A stretch of 64,000 nt of DNA from Dictyostelium discoideum (taxonomy: Eukaryota). Each line of letters starts with the position of its first letter. Within the stretch, counting starts at the first letter, position 1. The position numbers and the translations under genes were made by a program. Below, piece by piece: positions 1 to 13,745 of this stretch. The notes under the pieces are model-generated. The model saw only the letters and a list, made by a program, of their open reading frames with translations, was not told the origin of the DNA and did no database searches. Location of the stretch: the NCBI GenBank assembly GCA_000004695.1, contig CM000151.3, forward strand, positions 128,001-192,000, written 5' to 3'.

Positions 1-7
1 CCCGAAT

Positions 8-1669
8 TTGGAGTCGTTCGGACTGGGTTTACCAATGTCTGATAAGAAAAACAGTGGTGTCAATCAATATTTGAAGAAAAGTGGATCAGGTTTAAAAAGT
101 TTACATTTATGTTTTAATTTTAAGAGTATACCAACATTGGAAGATGGTAAACAATTGAATGAAAGTTTCTTTGGTATTGGATCAGATATTAATCTTAGGA
201 ATTTAAAAATCCTACAATTAGGCCATAAAAAACTTTCAGGTCCAAACTACGACTCACATTCATTCGACTATCCAATAAATGCATCAGAGATTTTATTCTC
301 ATGTATTCGTGACCGTATTGACTCCCTAACGACATTAATATTTCATAAACCTACCGGCTACACATGTCAAACTGACTCTTCCAATGAATTCTTATTAAAT
401 TTAAATTCATATTTAATAAATGGTGATAGGAATCAGTCATTGACGCATTTAGAACTACCAGTTAAAATTACAAGACCTGATATTTTATCGACTGTTGCAA
501 ATAAGAAATCGTTACGTAGACTTACGATATTAACAAATCAAATGGTACCATTTTCAACAGATTCAAATTTAGAAAGATTGGAATTACTATCGGATCCTGT
601 GGAAAAGGATACACAAGAAGCTTCTCAAAAATTCTTTGAATTAAATTCAACATTGAAAATTAAGAAATTGGTAATTAGAGATCATATATTCTTTGAAACT
701 TTAAAACCATTCCTTCAAGATAATCTAGATTTACTTTGTTTAAATGTTGCACTAAAAGGTAAAACCAATTTCGGTCTTCATAATAATCCATTCCTCTCAA
801 TTCCAGATGCAAAAAATTTAAAAAAAATCGTTGCAAAATTTCCTCACATTGAAAGAGACGAAGTTGCCGATGCAATTAGTAGATTCTTAAGATTTTGTTC
901 AACAAGTGATTCAATTCAATATGTTAAATATATTCAATCAGATTTTAATTTAGAAAAAGTTAATTCATTTGGTTTTAAATTTTTAAATAGAAATGATAGA
1001 TCGTATTATTATACAAGAAGGTAAAATTTTAATTTATTAATTTAATTTAATTTAATTATTAATTTATTAATTTATTTATTTATTAACTTTTTTTTTTTTA
1101 TTTTTTTTTTTATTTTTTTTTTTATTTTTTTTTAAAAAAAAAGTTTACCAAAAAATGATCCAAATAAAATTTTAATTAGTACAGATTTAAAAACTTGGAA
1201 TGGTATTGATGATCAATATGAAACATTTAAAAGTTATATAACAAAATCTAGAAAATTATTTGATCATTTAGTTGAACAATGTAAAAGTAGATCAGAATAT
1301 ACAGCATCTTATCTTTTAAAGTATACAAAGAATTGTTTAACAACATTCACTAAAGATCAATGGGAACAATCTGATGAATTATTAAAAACTGCTCATGCAA
1401 CTGTTTTAGCAATTATGGATCAAGATTCATTCGCTCGTTCGTTAGTTGAAAAAGCTCATATGAATTTAGATTTCTTAAAATTAACTGCTCATTATATTTT
1501 CTATGGTTTAGGTCCAACTGCTAGACCAATTCCATTAGAAACTTTAAATCAAGTTATAATTAATGATGGTAGAGGTATTACAAAACCACCATTACCACAA
1601 CAACAAAATAATAATAATAATAATAATAATATTAATAGTAATAATGATTCAAGTATTTTACAAATTTAA
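8..1669 (+). CDS. Hypothetical protein, 5'-partial (enters from the window edge). Proposed exons are 8..1020 and 1144..1669, joined by a roughly 120-nt AT-rich intron (GTAAAA...AG). Leu-rich, with a C-terminal Q/N tract.
   Basis: The 338-aa ORF beginning at the window edge ends at a stop that sits immediately after a GT. A downstream ORF in the same frame (1415..1669) extends back without stops to an AG acceptor at about 1143. Phase is consistent (AG|T gives Ser). No homologue recognised. Confidence 0.5.
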
Positions 1670-1821
1670 AAAAATAAATAAATAAATAAATAAATAATAT
1701 AATATTAATTGTAATATATATGTATATTTTTTTTTTTTTTTTTTTTTTATTAATTATTATTTATTTAAATTTTTTTTTTTTTTTTTTTTTTTTATTTTAT
1801 TTTATTTTTTTTTTATTTTTT

Positions 1822-3608
1822 TTATTCCATCATATCATCATCTTCATCTTCATCATCATATTCTTCATCATCATCCTCACCTTCTTGATCTTCTTCATCT
1901 TCAAATTCTTCATCATTAATTGTTAAATTATTAACCATATCATCTAAAAGACCATCAAGAGCAAGTTCTTCTTTAATTGCATCTTCATCAATACCATGTT
2001 CTTGCATTTTCTTAATTCTTTGTTGAAGGATATTAGCGGCATCAGCTTCTTTGTAAATGTTAATTTTAGAACGAAGTTCAGGATCAGCTTCAATTTCACG
2101 AAGAAACTCTTCTCTATCACGTTCCATTTGATCGATTTCGAATTTCTTTGGATTTTCAATACCTTCTTTTGGAATCTCTTTAAAGTACCAATGTCTTTTG
2201 AATCTGAAATCGTTTTTACTTGGATAAGTTTTCTTTACCAAGACAAAGTCTGGTAATTGTTGATTCTTTTTCATACCGGCTAAATCTGAATCTGGGAAAT
2301 TGGAAGAGGCAACATCGTAACCCAATGCCAAATCACCCGGATTTAAAATGTTACCCAAATGACTTCTAATGTCATAGATGTTATCATTTGCACCGAAATC
2401 AGCGGATCTCATCAACTGAATGTCAGAGAGTGCATAACGACCCCTAGTTGCACCGGTGAGATTAACATCCAAAACGGTGAATTCCACCAACTGCTTGTAG
2501 GAACTAAGTGCACGGAATGGTGAATTCCAAAAGGTGAGTGCTGAAATCTCACCAGTGTGCAATGTATTTGGATCAATGAAATGAATTAAATTGGATACTT
2601 TGGTTACAACTACCAATGGACCCATATTACCTAGTTGATGGGCAATCTTTGGTGGTAAACATACTATATCATCCTTTGACAATGGTACAATCTCTACAGA
2701 GAATGTATATTTATAGTTGGCTGCATTGTTTTGTTCATCAGATGAAATTAATTGTTCAGATTTTTTGGTTTTAACTGGTGTAATAGCCGATATAAACTCT
2801 ACAAACTTCATTGCATGATTTCTATTTGAAAAAAAGAAATCTAAACCATCTGGTTTCTCTTTAATATTTAATGTTTGTGAATGTGCATTATGTTTTAAAA
2901 TTAATTGTTCAATATATAAAAATGTTCTTTTATGATCAACCTAAAATTAATAAATAATTAGTATCATCATCATCATCATCGTCATTATTATTATTTAAAT
3001 TTTTTTAATAAAGAAATTTCTTACTTTTTGTCTAAGTTGTACAACTGAATTCCAAGTATCTTTTGCTTCAAATTTTTGACATTTATCACATTGTTGACCT
3101 TGAACAATAAATTCAATAATGAAAATTTGTTGAAGGATTGCACTTGTGAAAACTTCTTTTTGAATTGTTAATTTAACTTTTAATCTCTTTGAATGTGGTT
3201 CTGTCCAAACCCAACCTGCATCCACTAATTTAACCTTATTTAAACCTTTAATTCTTTTAATACAAATTGTAAGTAATTCTCTTGATTCCAATTCTGCAAT
3301 TGCCCAATGATTTGGTGGTTGAAGATAACGTGCACAACCTCTACACCATTGAATTGTTAATTGTTTTGGTATACCTTCTGTAATATCAACTTGACTCTTT
3401 ATACAATCAACACACATATTACTTGGATTTGCTGGTATTAAAACACCACACATACAACATAATCTTTATTAAAACCATTATTATTATTTATATATAAATA
3501 TAAATTAAAATGTTAGTTTGATTGTTTTTTTTTTTTTTTTTTTTTTAGGAATTTCTTAATATTAAAAACTTACATGTTGGCTTGTTTAACTTGTGGAATG
3601 TACTCCAT
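1822..3608 (-). CDS. nmd3: 60S ribosomal export protein Nmd3. Exons on the minus strand are 3574..3608 (MEYIPQVKQAN), 3025..3463 and 1822..2940. Introns are 3464..3573 and 2941..3024.
   Basis: The N-terminus has the CxxC...CxxC zinc-binding cluster (ILCCMCGVLIPANPSNMCVDCI...WCRGCARY) typical of Nmd3. The C-terminal exon carries the conserved VDHKRTFLYIEQLILKH core and an acidic tail. Donors are GTAAGT and GTAAGA, acceptors TTTTAG and AAAG, and phases are consistent. Confidence 0.85.
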
Positions 3609-3707
3609 TTTTTATATTATATTATTATATATTTATAAAAATTAATTAATCAATTATTAATAAAATAAATGATAATTTTATAATACAAAGAAAAAAAAAA
3701 AAAATTA

Positions 3708-3745
<38 letters not shown>

Positions 3746-4074
3746 GAAAAGAAATTATTTTTTTTTTTTTTAATTTTTTTTTAATTTTTTTTAATTTTTT
3801 TTTTTTTTTTGTAAACGAACGAGTGAAAAAAAAAAAAAAAAAGATGGGAAAAAAAAATGAAATATATAAAACTAATGATACAGATATTGGAGGAATGAAT
3901 TTTTTAAAAATAAAATTAAATAATTTTTTTTTTTTTTTTATATAAAAAAAAATAAAAAAAATAAAAAAAAATAAATAAATAAAAAAAATAATAAATTAAT
4001 TTAATTTTGACACACAAATAATACGACAAATTCTTTTTTATTCTTTTTTTTTTAATTTCATCCCAAAATTATTC

Positions 4075-4105
<31 letters not shown>

Positions 4106-4171
4106 TTTTCATTCATTTTTTATTTTATTTTTTTTTTTTCTTCTCAATTTATTTTTTTAATTTAATCAAAA

Positions 4172-5092
4172 ATGATATCATCAATAAATAGAATTAAAAC
4201 AATTAAAACAATTAATAATATTAATAATATTAATAATATTAATAATATTATTAAATTTCAAAGTATTTGTAATATAAGAGGATATGTTTCAGATAATTTT
4301 AAAAAATTTTCAAAAGATAAAGATAAAAGAAAATTTTATGGTCAAGAATTTGAAAAACGACAGCAACAAGATAGAGATAACCCAAATCAATGGGAACAAC
4401 AACAATATGAAGAAAATATAAATTTTCAAAATGGTCAATTCCAATTTCATTCCTCTTCTTCTTCTCAACAATCATTTTCACTATTTAAAATAATTAGTTC
4501 AATATTGGGTGCAATTATAAAGAATAAATTATTCCCAAAGAATGATTATAAGGATTTATATCAATTTGCATGTACAGTTTTACAAGATAATAAAAAATTA
4601 ATTAAAGAGGAAGCAGGATTGCCATATATAAATATTGAAAAACCAGCGATTCTATTTAGTGGTGCTCCAACATTAATACCAGGTTTACAAGAAGTGATTA
4701 TGATATTACAATTACCAACACCACCAAACACTGATGAAAATCGTCATGTAACTTTACAAGCGATAGTTCATGGAAAACGATTACCTGATGTAGTTGTTCA
4801 AAAGAGTTTTCCTTGGAATTTATTTGGTGATGGAACTGAAACTGTTAAATCTGCTGAACCAACTAGAGTAGTACTATTACTAAGTATTAACTCTATAAAT
4901 GAATTTGGCCAAGTTGCAAGTGAAAAGAGAGAAATTGAACTTTTCGTTTCAGAATATGAAATTTATGAAAATGATCAATATAATAATAATAATAATAATA
5001 ATCAAAAACAATATAGAAATCAAGAAATTATTACTTTAGATCCAAAATATTATCATGAAGTTGATAAAAATAATAAATCAAATAAAAAATAA
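4172..5092 (+). CDS. Hypothetical protein of 306 aa, single exon. The N-terminus looks like a mitochondrial targeting peptide (MISSINRIKTIKT...).
   Basis: An intact ORF with Dictyostelium-like codon usage. The N-terminal 30 aa are basic and hydroxylated with no acidic residues. The C-terminal region is N-rich. No family recognised. Confidence 0.5.
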   Translation: MISSINRIKTIKTINNINNINNINNIIKFQSICNIRGYVSDNFKKFSKDKDKRKFYGQEFEKRQQQDRDNPNQWEQQQYEENINFQNGQFQFHSSSSSQQSFSLFKIISSILGAIIKNKLFPKNDYKDLYQFACTVLQDNKKLIKEEAGLPYINIEKPAILFSGAPTLIPGLQEVIMILQLPTPPNTDENRHVTLQAIVHGKRLPDVVVQKSFPWNLFGDGTETVKSAEPTRVVLLLSINSINEFGQVASEKREIELFVSEYEIYENDQYNNNNNNNQKQYRNQEIITLDPKYYHEVDKNNKSNKK

Positions 5093-5238
5093 TAATAATT
5101 TCTTTTTCTATTTAATAAAAATTAATTTCCGCTTTGCTCTTTTTTTTAAAAAAAATAATAATAAATAATTTCTAAAATAAATAAAGATTTTTTCGATTTT
5201 TTTTTAAATGTTTTTTTATTATCTATTTATCTATCAAT

Positions 5239-5921
5239 TTATTGAGCTTTAGTGTAAACACCGTTACCGTGACCTTTGATGATTTGTTTGATGAGACCTT
5301 TTGATAATAATTCCTATAATAATTTTAATAAAAAAAATAATTAATATATGTTTTTTTTTTTTTTGCATTTCTTTTGGGATTTTGAAACTTACTTTGATGG
5401 CTCTACGGGCTAATGAACCATTGCACTTCATTCTTTCAGAAACAACAGCGGTAGTGATAACTTTAGCAGTTGGCATTTCTTTTAAGAGTTTGGCGTAGGT
5501 TTCTTTATCGAAGAGAATAGCATTGTTTAACTTTTCTCTTGATCTACCTTTAGACCATTTCTTTCTACCGGCACCACCGGAACTACCTTTGGCGGCAGCT
5601 TTGGATGCTTGAATTTGTTTGGATTTACCTCCAGCGGCTTTTGGTGGCTATATAATATTAAATATTAATAATCTATCATAGTTTTTGATATAGTGTTGTG
5701 TGTATATGTATTTAATTGATTGTTGATCATTGATTGATGAGTTGTTGATGAACGATTGATGACATGCATAACCCAACTATTATCTTATATATTTATTAAT
5801 CTTTTAATCAATCATTCATCATCATCATCATCATCATCCAAATTTAATCTTTCAATCAATGATAATAGTAATAATTAAATAATAATCTGTCATGTAAACG
5901 TATTAAGTCTCCACATACCAT
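5239..5921 (-). CDS. rps25: 40S ribosomal protein S25. Exons on the minus strand are 5919..5921 (ATG only), 5393..5647 and 5239..5313. Introns are 5648..5918 and 5314..5392.
   Basis: Translation gives [11 protein letters not shown]...[57 protein letters not shown]|[24 protein letters not shown], which matches eukaryotic S25 end to end. The first exon is ATG followed directly by GTATGT. The second intron is GTAAGT...TATAG. The track ORF 5264..5476 is intron read-through. Confidence 0.85.
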
Positions 5922-7004
5922 TTTGTATTATCTGTATCGAAAAAGGGGTTTGAAAAAAAAAAAAAAAATTTGTGAAGTATTGTTTGATTTTTTTTTTTTT
6001 TCGAAATTTTTTTTTTTTTTTATTTTTTTTTTTTTTCACTTTTTGAAAATTTTAATACGTTTCAAGTCACCAAAAAAAAAAACATAAAGATAATTGTAAA
6101 ATTTTTTAGCAATCAAAAATAAAATTAATAAAAAAAATAAATAAAAAATAAATAAAAAATAAATGAATAGATAAAAAAATTATATAAAACAAATAATTAA
6201 TAATAATTTGTTGTTTTTATTTATTATTATTATTTTTTTTTTGTCATTTTTTTTTTATTTTTTTTTTTTTATTTTTCGGTAACGATATCCAAAAAATTTT
6301 GGAACAAGTTTTTAATTGTTTAGTCATTTTTTTATTTTTTATTTTTTTATTTTTTTTAATTTTTTATACAATTAATTATATTTTTTCAGTCATAGGAACC
6401 ACTTTTTTTTATTTTCTTTTTTTTTTTTTTTTGTTATTTTTATTATTATTATTTTTTTTTTTTAGATCTTAAAAATAAAAAAAATAAATGTATAGAATAG
6501 TATTTTTTTCATTTTTTTTTATTTTTTTTTAAAATAATTAGTTTTAAAACATTTTATTATTCAATTGGAGGAATTTGATCGAATATTCCGTCATTGCATA
6601 CTTTTAATCGGAAAAAAAAACACTTTGTGAACATACAACACACAACATAATAGCAATTTCTGAAAATTAAATTATTTTTTTTTTTATTTTTTTATTTTTT
6701 TATTTTTTTTTTATTTTTTTTTTTTTTTTTAAATTAACACCAAACCCAATTTTTTTTTAATTTTTCTTAATTTATAAAAACAGTGAAAATATTATTATTT
6801 TAAAAACCACCAAAAAAAAAATAAAAAAAAAATAAAAACATAAAAATCGGACACAAATAAATAAATAAATAAACAGATAATTAATTAATTAATTAATTAA
6901 ATAAATAATAATAATAATATAAAAAATAAAATAATTAATTAATTAATTAATTAAATAAAATAAAATAAATAAATAATTAATTAATTAAATAAAATAAAAT
7001 AATA

Positions 7005-8400
7005 ATGAAAGATAATAAAACAAAATTAATTATTTATTTTTTTATAGCTATAATAAGTGGATATATTTATTATTCCAACCAACAATTGAATAAACAAAAT
7101 ATAGTGAAACAAGTTATCTATGAAAAACTTCATACTAAAAATTTGATTATTAATGGTGAAGATAAACCAATAATTTTAGCTCACCGTGGTTCAAGATATT
7201 TATTACCTGAAAATACAATTTTAGCATTTAAAACTGCTTTAGACATTGGTGCTGATGTTATAGAGGTAAATATATTATTTTAATTTTTAAAATTTCCAAA
7301 AAAAAAAAAAAAAAAAAAAATAAAAAAAAAAAAATTAAATAAAATAAAATTACCAACACACACACACACACATATGTATATATATATGGAAATAATTAAT
7401 TAATTATTTTTTATAGACAGATGTTAGAAAAACAATTGATGGTGAACTTGTAATTTTTCATGATAAATCAGTTGAAAGAACTACAAATGGTAAAGGTGAT
7501 GTTGAAGAATTAACATTAAAAGAATTGAAATCATTAGATGCAGCATATAGATTTTCAGCAGATAATGGTACTACCTATCCATATCGTGGAAAAGGAATTC
7601 AAGTACCAACACTTGTTGAAATGTTTGAAAGTTTACCAAGTGATACACAAATTAATATTGAGATCAAAGAGGATGATATGGAAGTGGCTGAAAAGCTATG
7701 GAAAGAGATTGAGCATCAAATGGAGACCACCACAAGAAAGCCTAAATCCATTTTAATCGGCTCGAGATACTGCCCCCCCACCCAACACATCCGTTCCCTA
7801 GCAAAACTTTACCAAACTCGTAATAACATCGCTCAATTACCAATCAGCACATCAGCATGCGAGAAGGATGTAACCAAATTCGTGGTTTTGAATCAACTTT
7901 TTTTAGCACCCATTTACTTCTCAATGTACCCTATCACCGGTTACGAATGCTTTCAAGTGCCAGTCGCGTCGGGCCCCATACATTTAGACACTTTGAAATT
8001 CATCGATGCGGCTCACCATTTTGGTAAACACGTTCATTTTTGGGTTGTAAACTTTAAGGATGAGATCGATCATCTCTTAACTCTCCCCATTGATGGTATC
8101 ATTTCAGATAGACCAGATCGTGTCGTTGAACAATTTAAATCACATAATATCAAATCAAAACAATTTCAAATTCCAAAACCATTACCATCAAATACAACTG
8201 GTACTTACTATTTACCACTTTACGATATAGATGAAAATCATACTTGTGTCACTATTACTTGTATTCTCTTACAACGTAGTCATCAAATTGTAATCTCTTT
8301 AATTTTCTCTTTTTTACTTTTAAAATTAATAAATTTTAAAAATAATAATAATAATAATAGACAAGTTAAAAATCAAAATTTACAAAAAAAAGTTAAATAA
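7005..8400 (+). CDS. Glycerophosphodiester phosphodiesterase (GDPD) family protein with an N-terminal signal anchor. Exons are 7005..7265 and 7417..8400.
   Basis: The GDPD signature HRGSRYLLPENTILAFKTALDIGADVIE|TDVRKTIDGELVIFHDKSVERTTNGKG spans the GTAAAT...TTATAG intron at 7266..7416. The hydrophobic N-terminus is MKDNKTKLIIYFFIAIISGYIYY. The middle of exon 2 is compositionally atypical (see findings). Confidence 0.75.
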
Positions 8401-8476
8401 CTTTTTTTTTTAATAATAAAAGTAATAATAAAATTTTATCTAAATTATTTAATTTTAATTTTAATTTTAATTTAAT

Positions 8477-10924
<2,448 letters not shown>

Positions 10925-10953
10925 TTTAATTTAGTTTTTTTAATTTATTTTAT

Positions 10954-11019
<66 letters not shown>

Positions 11020-11068
11020 TATACATATATTATTTTATTAATTAATATATAAAAAAAAAGTAAATAAA

Positions 11069-11104
<36 letters not shown>

Positions 11105-11178
11105 AAAGTCACTAAAAAAAAAATAATATAAATGTGGGTTGTTTTAAAACACATTTAAAATAATTATGTCCGACTCTA

Positions 11179-11215
<37 letters not shown>

Positions 11216-11270
11216 ATTACATACTGGAAACCCCTCCATCGTTTGTATATTTTTGTTTTTTTTCATTTTT

Positions 11271-11304
<34 letters not shown>

Positions 11305-11579
11305 TATTTAGTTACGAAGAACAACAATTTCCCTTTTAAAACAAATAAAAAAAAAAATAATAATAAATATTAATAAAATTAAAAAAAAAATAAAAATAAA
11401 AATAAAAATAGGGAAAAACATAAAAATAAAAAAAAAATAAAAAAAAAAATATAAAATTTAAAAATAAAAAAAAAAAGAATTTAAATAAAAAAAAAAAAAA
11501 AAAATTTATTTTTTACACTTCTTTTTTTAATTAAATTAGAAATACAAGCATATTTTATTCATATATATATAGTTAAAAA

Positions 11580-12112
11580 ATGTCAATAAATAAAGAGGAT
11601 AATAATAAAGAGACTTACTTAATTCAACAAAACTTTACACAACAACAACAACAACATTTTTACCAACTTCAGATACAGCAACAACAACAACAAACAAATG
11701 AAAATAATATAAATTTTAATAATAATAATAATAATAATGTAAATAATTTTGAGAAATCTCATTTATCAAATGTTACAATAACCACAACAAATACCTTCAT
11801 AAATAATGTGAACAATGTAAATAATTTTAGTGTCAATTTAGATAATAGGAATAACAACGAAAATCATGTAAATAATAATAATAATAATAATAATAATGAA
11901 AATTTTTCAACTGAGGAACCTTATGATCAACAAGAGATAATTGGTGAAGTAAATATTAATTTAATTAAAAAAAAAAAAATAAAAATAAAATAAAAATAAT
12001 AAAATTATATAATTCTAATACATTTATTTAAAATAATTAGGTGTGTTATATGGTGGAAAATATTCATGTTGACAATGAAGAATCTGTTGATTATATGCCA
12101 TATATTAGTTAA
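11580..12112 (+). CDS. Hypothetical N/Q-rich low-complexity protein. Proposed exons are 11580..11948 and 12041..12112.
   Basis: A 137-aa ORF. GTAAAT at 11949 and AATTAG at 12040 would join it to a short in-frame terminal exon (VCYMVENIHVDNEESVDYMPYIS*). Weak call: composition only. Confidence 0.35.
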
Positions 12113-12423
12113 ATAATCAAAAACTCAAAAAATATGTTTGGAACGAAAAAGAAAAGATAAAAGATTTTCAAAGAAAAAAAAAATAAATAAATAAAATCTC
12201 AAGTTAAAATGTGTTATTTTAAACTATCTAAAAATCTGTTTCTTTTTTTCCTTTTCTTTTTTTCTCTTCTCTTCCTCTTTTTTTATTTTTATCATGCTTT
12301 AATCTTGAAAATATATAAAAAAATATAATATAATAAATAATGAATCTGTATATATTCCTATACTCTAAAATTGTTGGTAGATTTATATTTTTTAAAGAAA
12401 CAAATTTATTATAAAAAGATAAT

Positions 12424-12983
12424 TTAGAATCTTAATTTAGAGAAGAACCATTTTGATTTACCAGCTTTGTGTCTATTTTTTTAAAAAAAGGAGAAAATAG
12501 TTAGTAAAAGTTTTGGTGTTTTTTAGTTTAGTTTGGTTTTTTAAAATTTATCTATACATACTTGGCTTCAAAGATCTTTTTGACGGCTAAACGAGTGTGA
12601 GCACGTTTGGCGACTTGTGAGCTTTCAACAGTGACGGTGTTTTTGAGACCAGTGAAGGCAGATTCATCACGACCTTCAAAGTTGTAACGGGTTGGCATGA
12701 TGTGGTTGTAATTGACGACTTTAACAAATGAACGGATGGCAGTACGTTTGAGGATGGTCTTTCTGCTCATTGATCTAACGATTGAACGTGGGTATTTGTC
12801 GATACCAGCAACTAAACAGTGGCCGTATGGTCTTGATTTGCTTGCGGTGGCATCATCGAAGGTCTTGATGACAACAGCCTTACGACCGGCGTATTTACCG
12901 TTTAAGAGGATTACTAATCTACCTGGTTTGATGCTAAAAAAATAATATTTATATAATTTAAGGGTAAGTCCAAATTTGTTCAT
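12424..12983 (-). CDS. rpl27: 60S ribosomal protein L27 (L27e). Exons on the minus strand are 12562..12983 and 12424..12472, with the intron at 12473..12561. The 5' end is uncertain.
   Basis: IKPGRLVILLNGKYAGRKAVVIKTFDDATASKSRPYGHCLVAGIDKYPRSIVRSMS...VKVVNYNHIMPTRYNF matches the L27e family. Splicing the terminal exon (GTATGT...AAAAATAG) yields ...KAGKSKWFFSKLRF*, the conserved L27 C-terminus. The N-terminus is anomalous (see finding). Confidence 0.8.
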
Positions 12984-13655
12984 AATAACCCATACTATCA
13001 TGTGTTTCTATTAATCTATTATCAAACATCCTCATCCTCACATAATCCCAACATTCACATCACATATAATTATTATCCAAAAAACATATCATAGATTGAC
13101 AATGATGATTGATTATCTATTGTTGAATATTTTGATTAACTATTATTGAATATAGATTGATGAGGATTGATAAAGATTGATATAGATTGAGAAAGATAGA
13201 GAGAGAGAGAAATATAAAAAAAAAAAGATAGAGGTAATAATAACAATCACATACAACTTGGATGACATGGTTGGTGTATAGAAGCTACTAAACGAAAAAC
13301 GCGAAATTTTTTTTTTTTTTTCATGCAGTTTTTTTTTTTTTTTTTTTAACGATTTCAAAAATTTTTTATTTTTTTTTTTTTATTTTTTTTTTTTTTTATG
13401 AGTGCGGAAAACCGTTATCTTATATTAATAATTTTTTGTATAAGTCAATTTCCATATTTTTTTTTTTTTTTTTTATTAATTATTTATTTATTTATTTTTT
13501 CTGATCTATTTATTTATTAGTTAAAAAATTATTATTATTATTATTATTTTTTTTAATAATAGTATTATTGTTGTTTATTTTTTATTTTTTTGAGAACTTT
13601 TTTTTTTAAAAGTGATTCACAATGAAAATTTAATCACACACAAAACTTTTTTTTT

Positions 13656-13689
<34 letters not shown>

Positions 13690-13745
13690 CTTCATTTTAA
13701 ATAAAGACAACCCAAAAACCAATTTATTAATGAAGGACCACTACA

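Noticed and set aside
1720-2256. Small ORFs overlapping the nmd3 3' end (poly-F ORF, 1944..2159-, 1996..2256+)
   Set aside because: They are poly-T/A read-through and antisense to the well-supported nmd3 exon.
5264-5476. 70-aa minus-strand ORF from the track
   Set aside because: It is a read-through of the second rps25 intron. The real gene is the three-exon rps25 model.
13143-13358. 71-aa minus-strand ORF upstream of rpl27
   Set aside because: It is low-complexity (poly-K then hydrophobic) and overlaps the putative rpl27 promoter motif cluster. It is likely non-coding.
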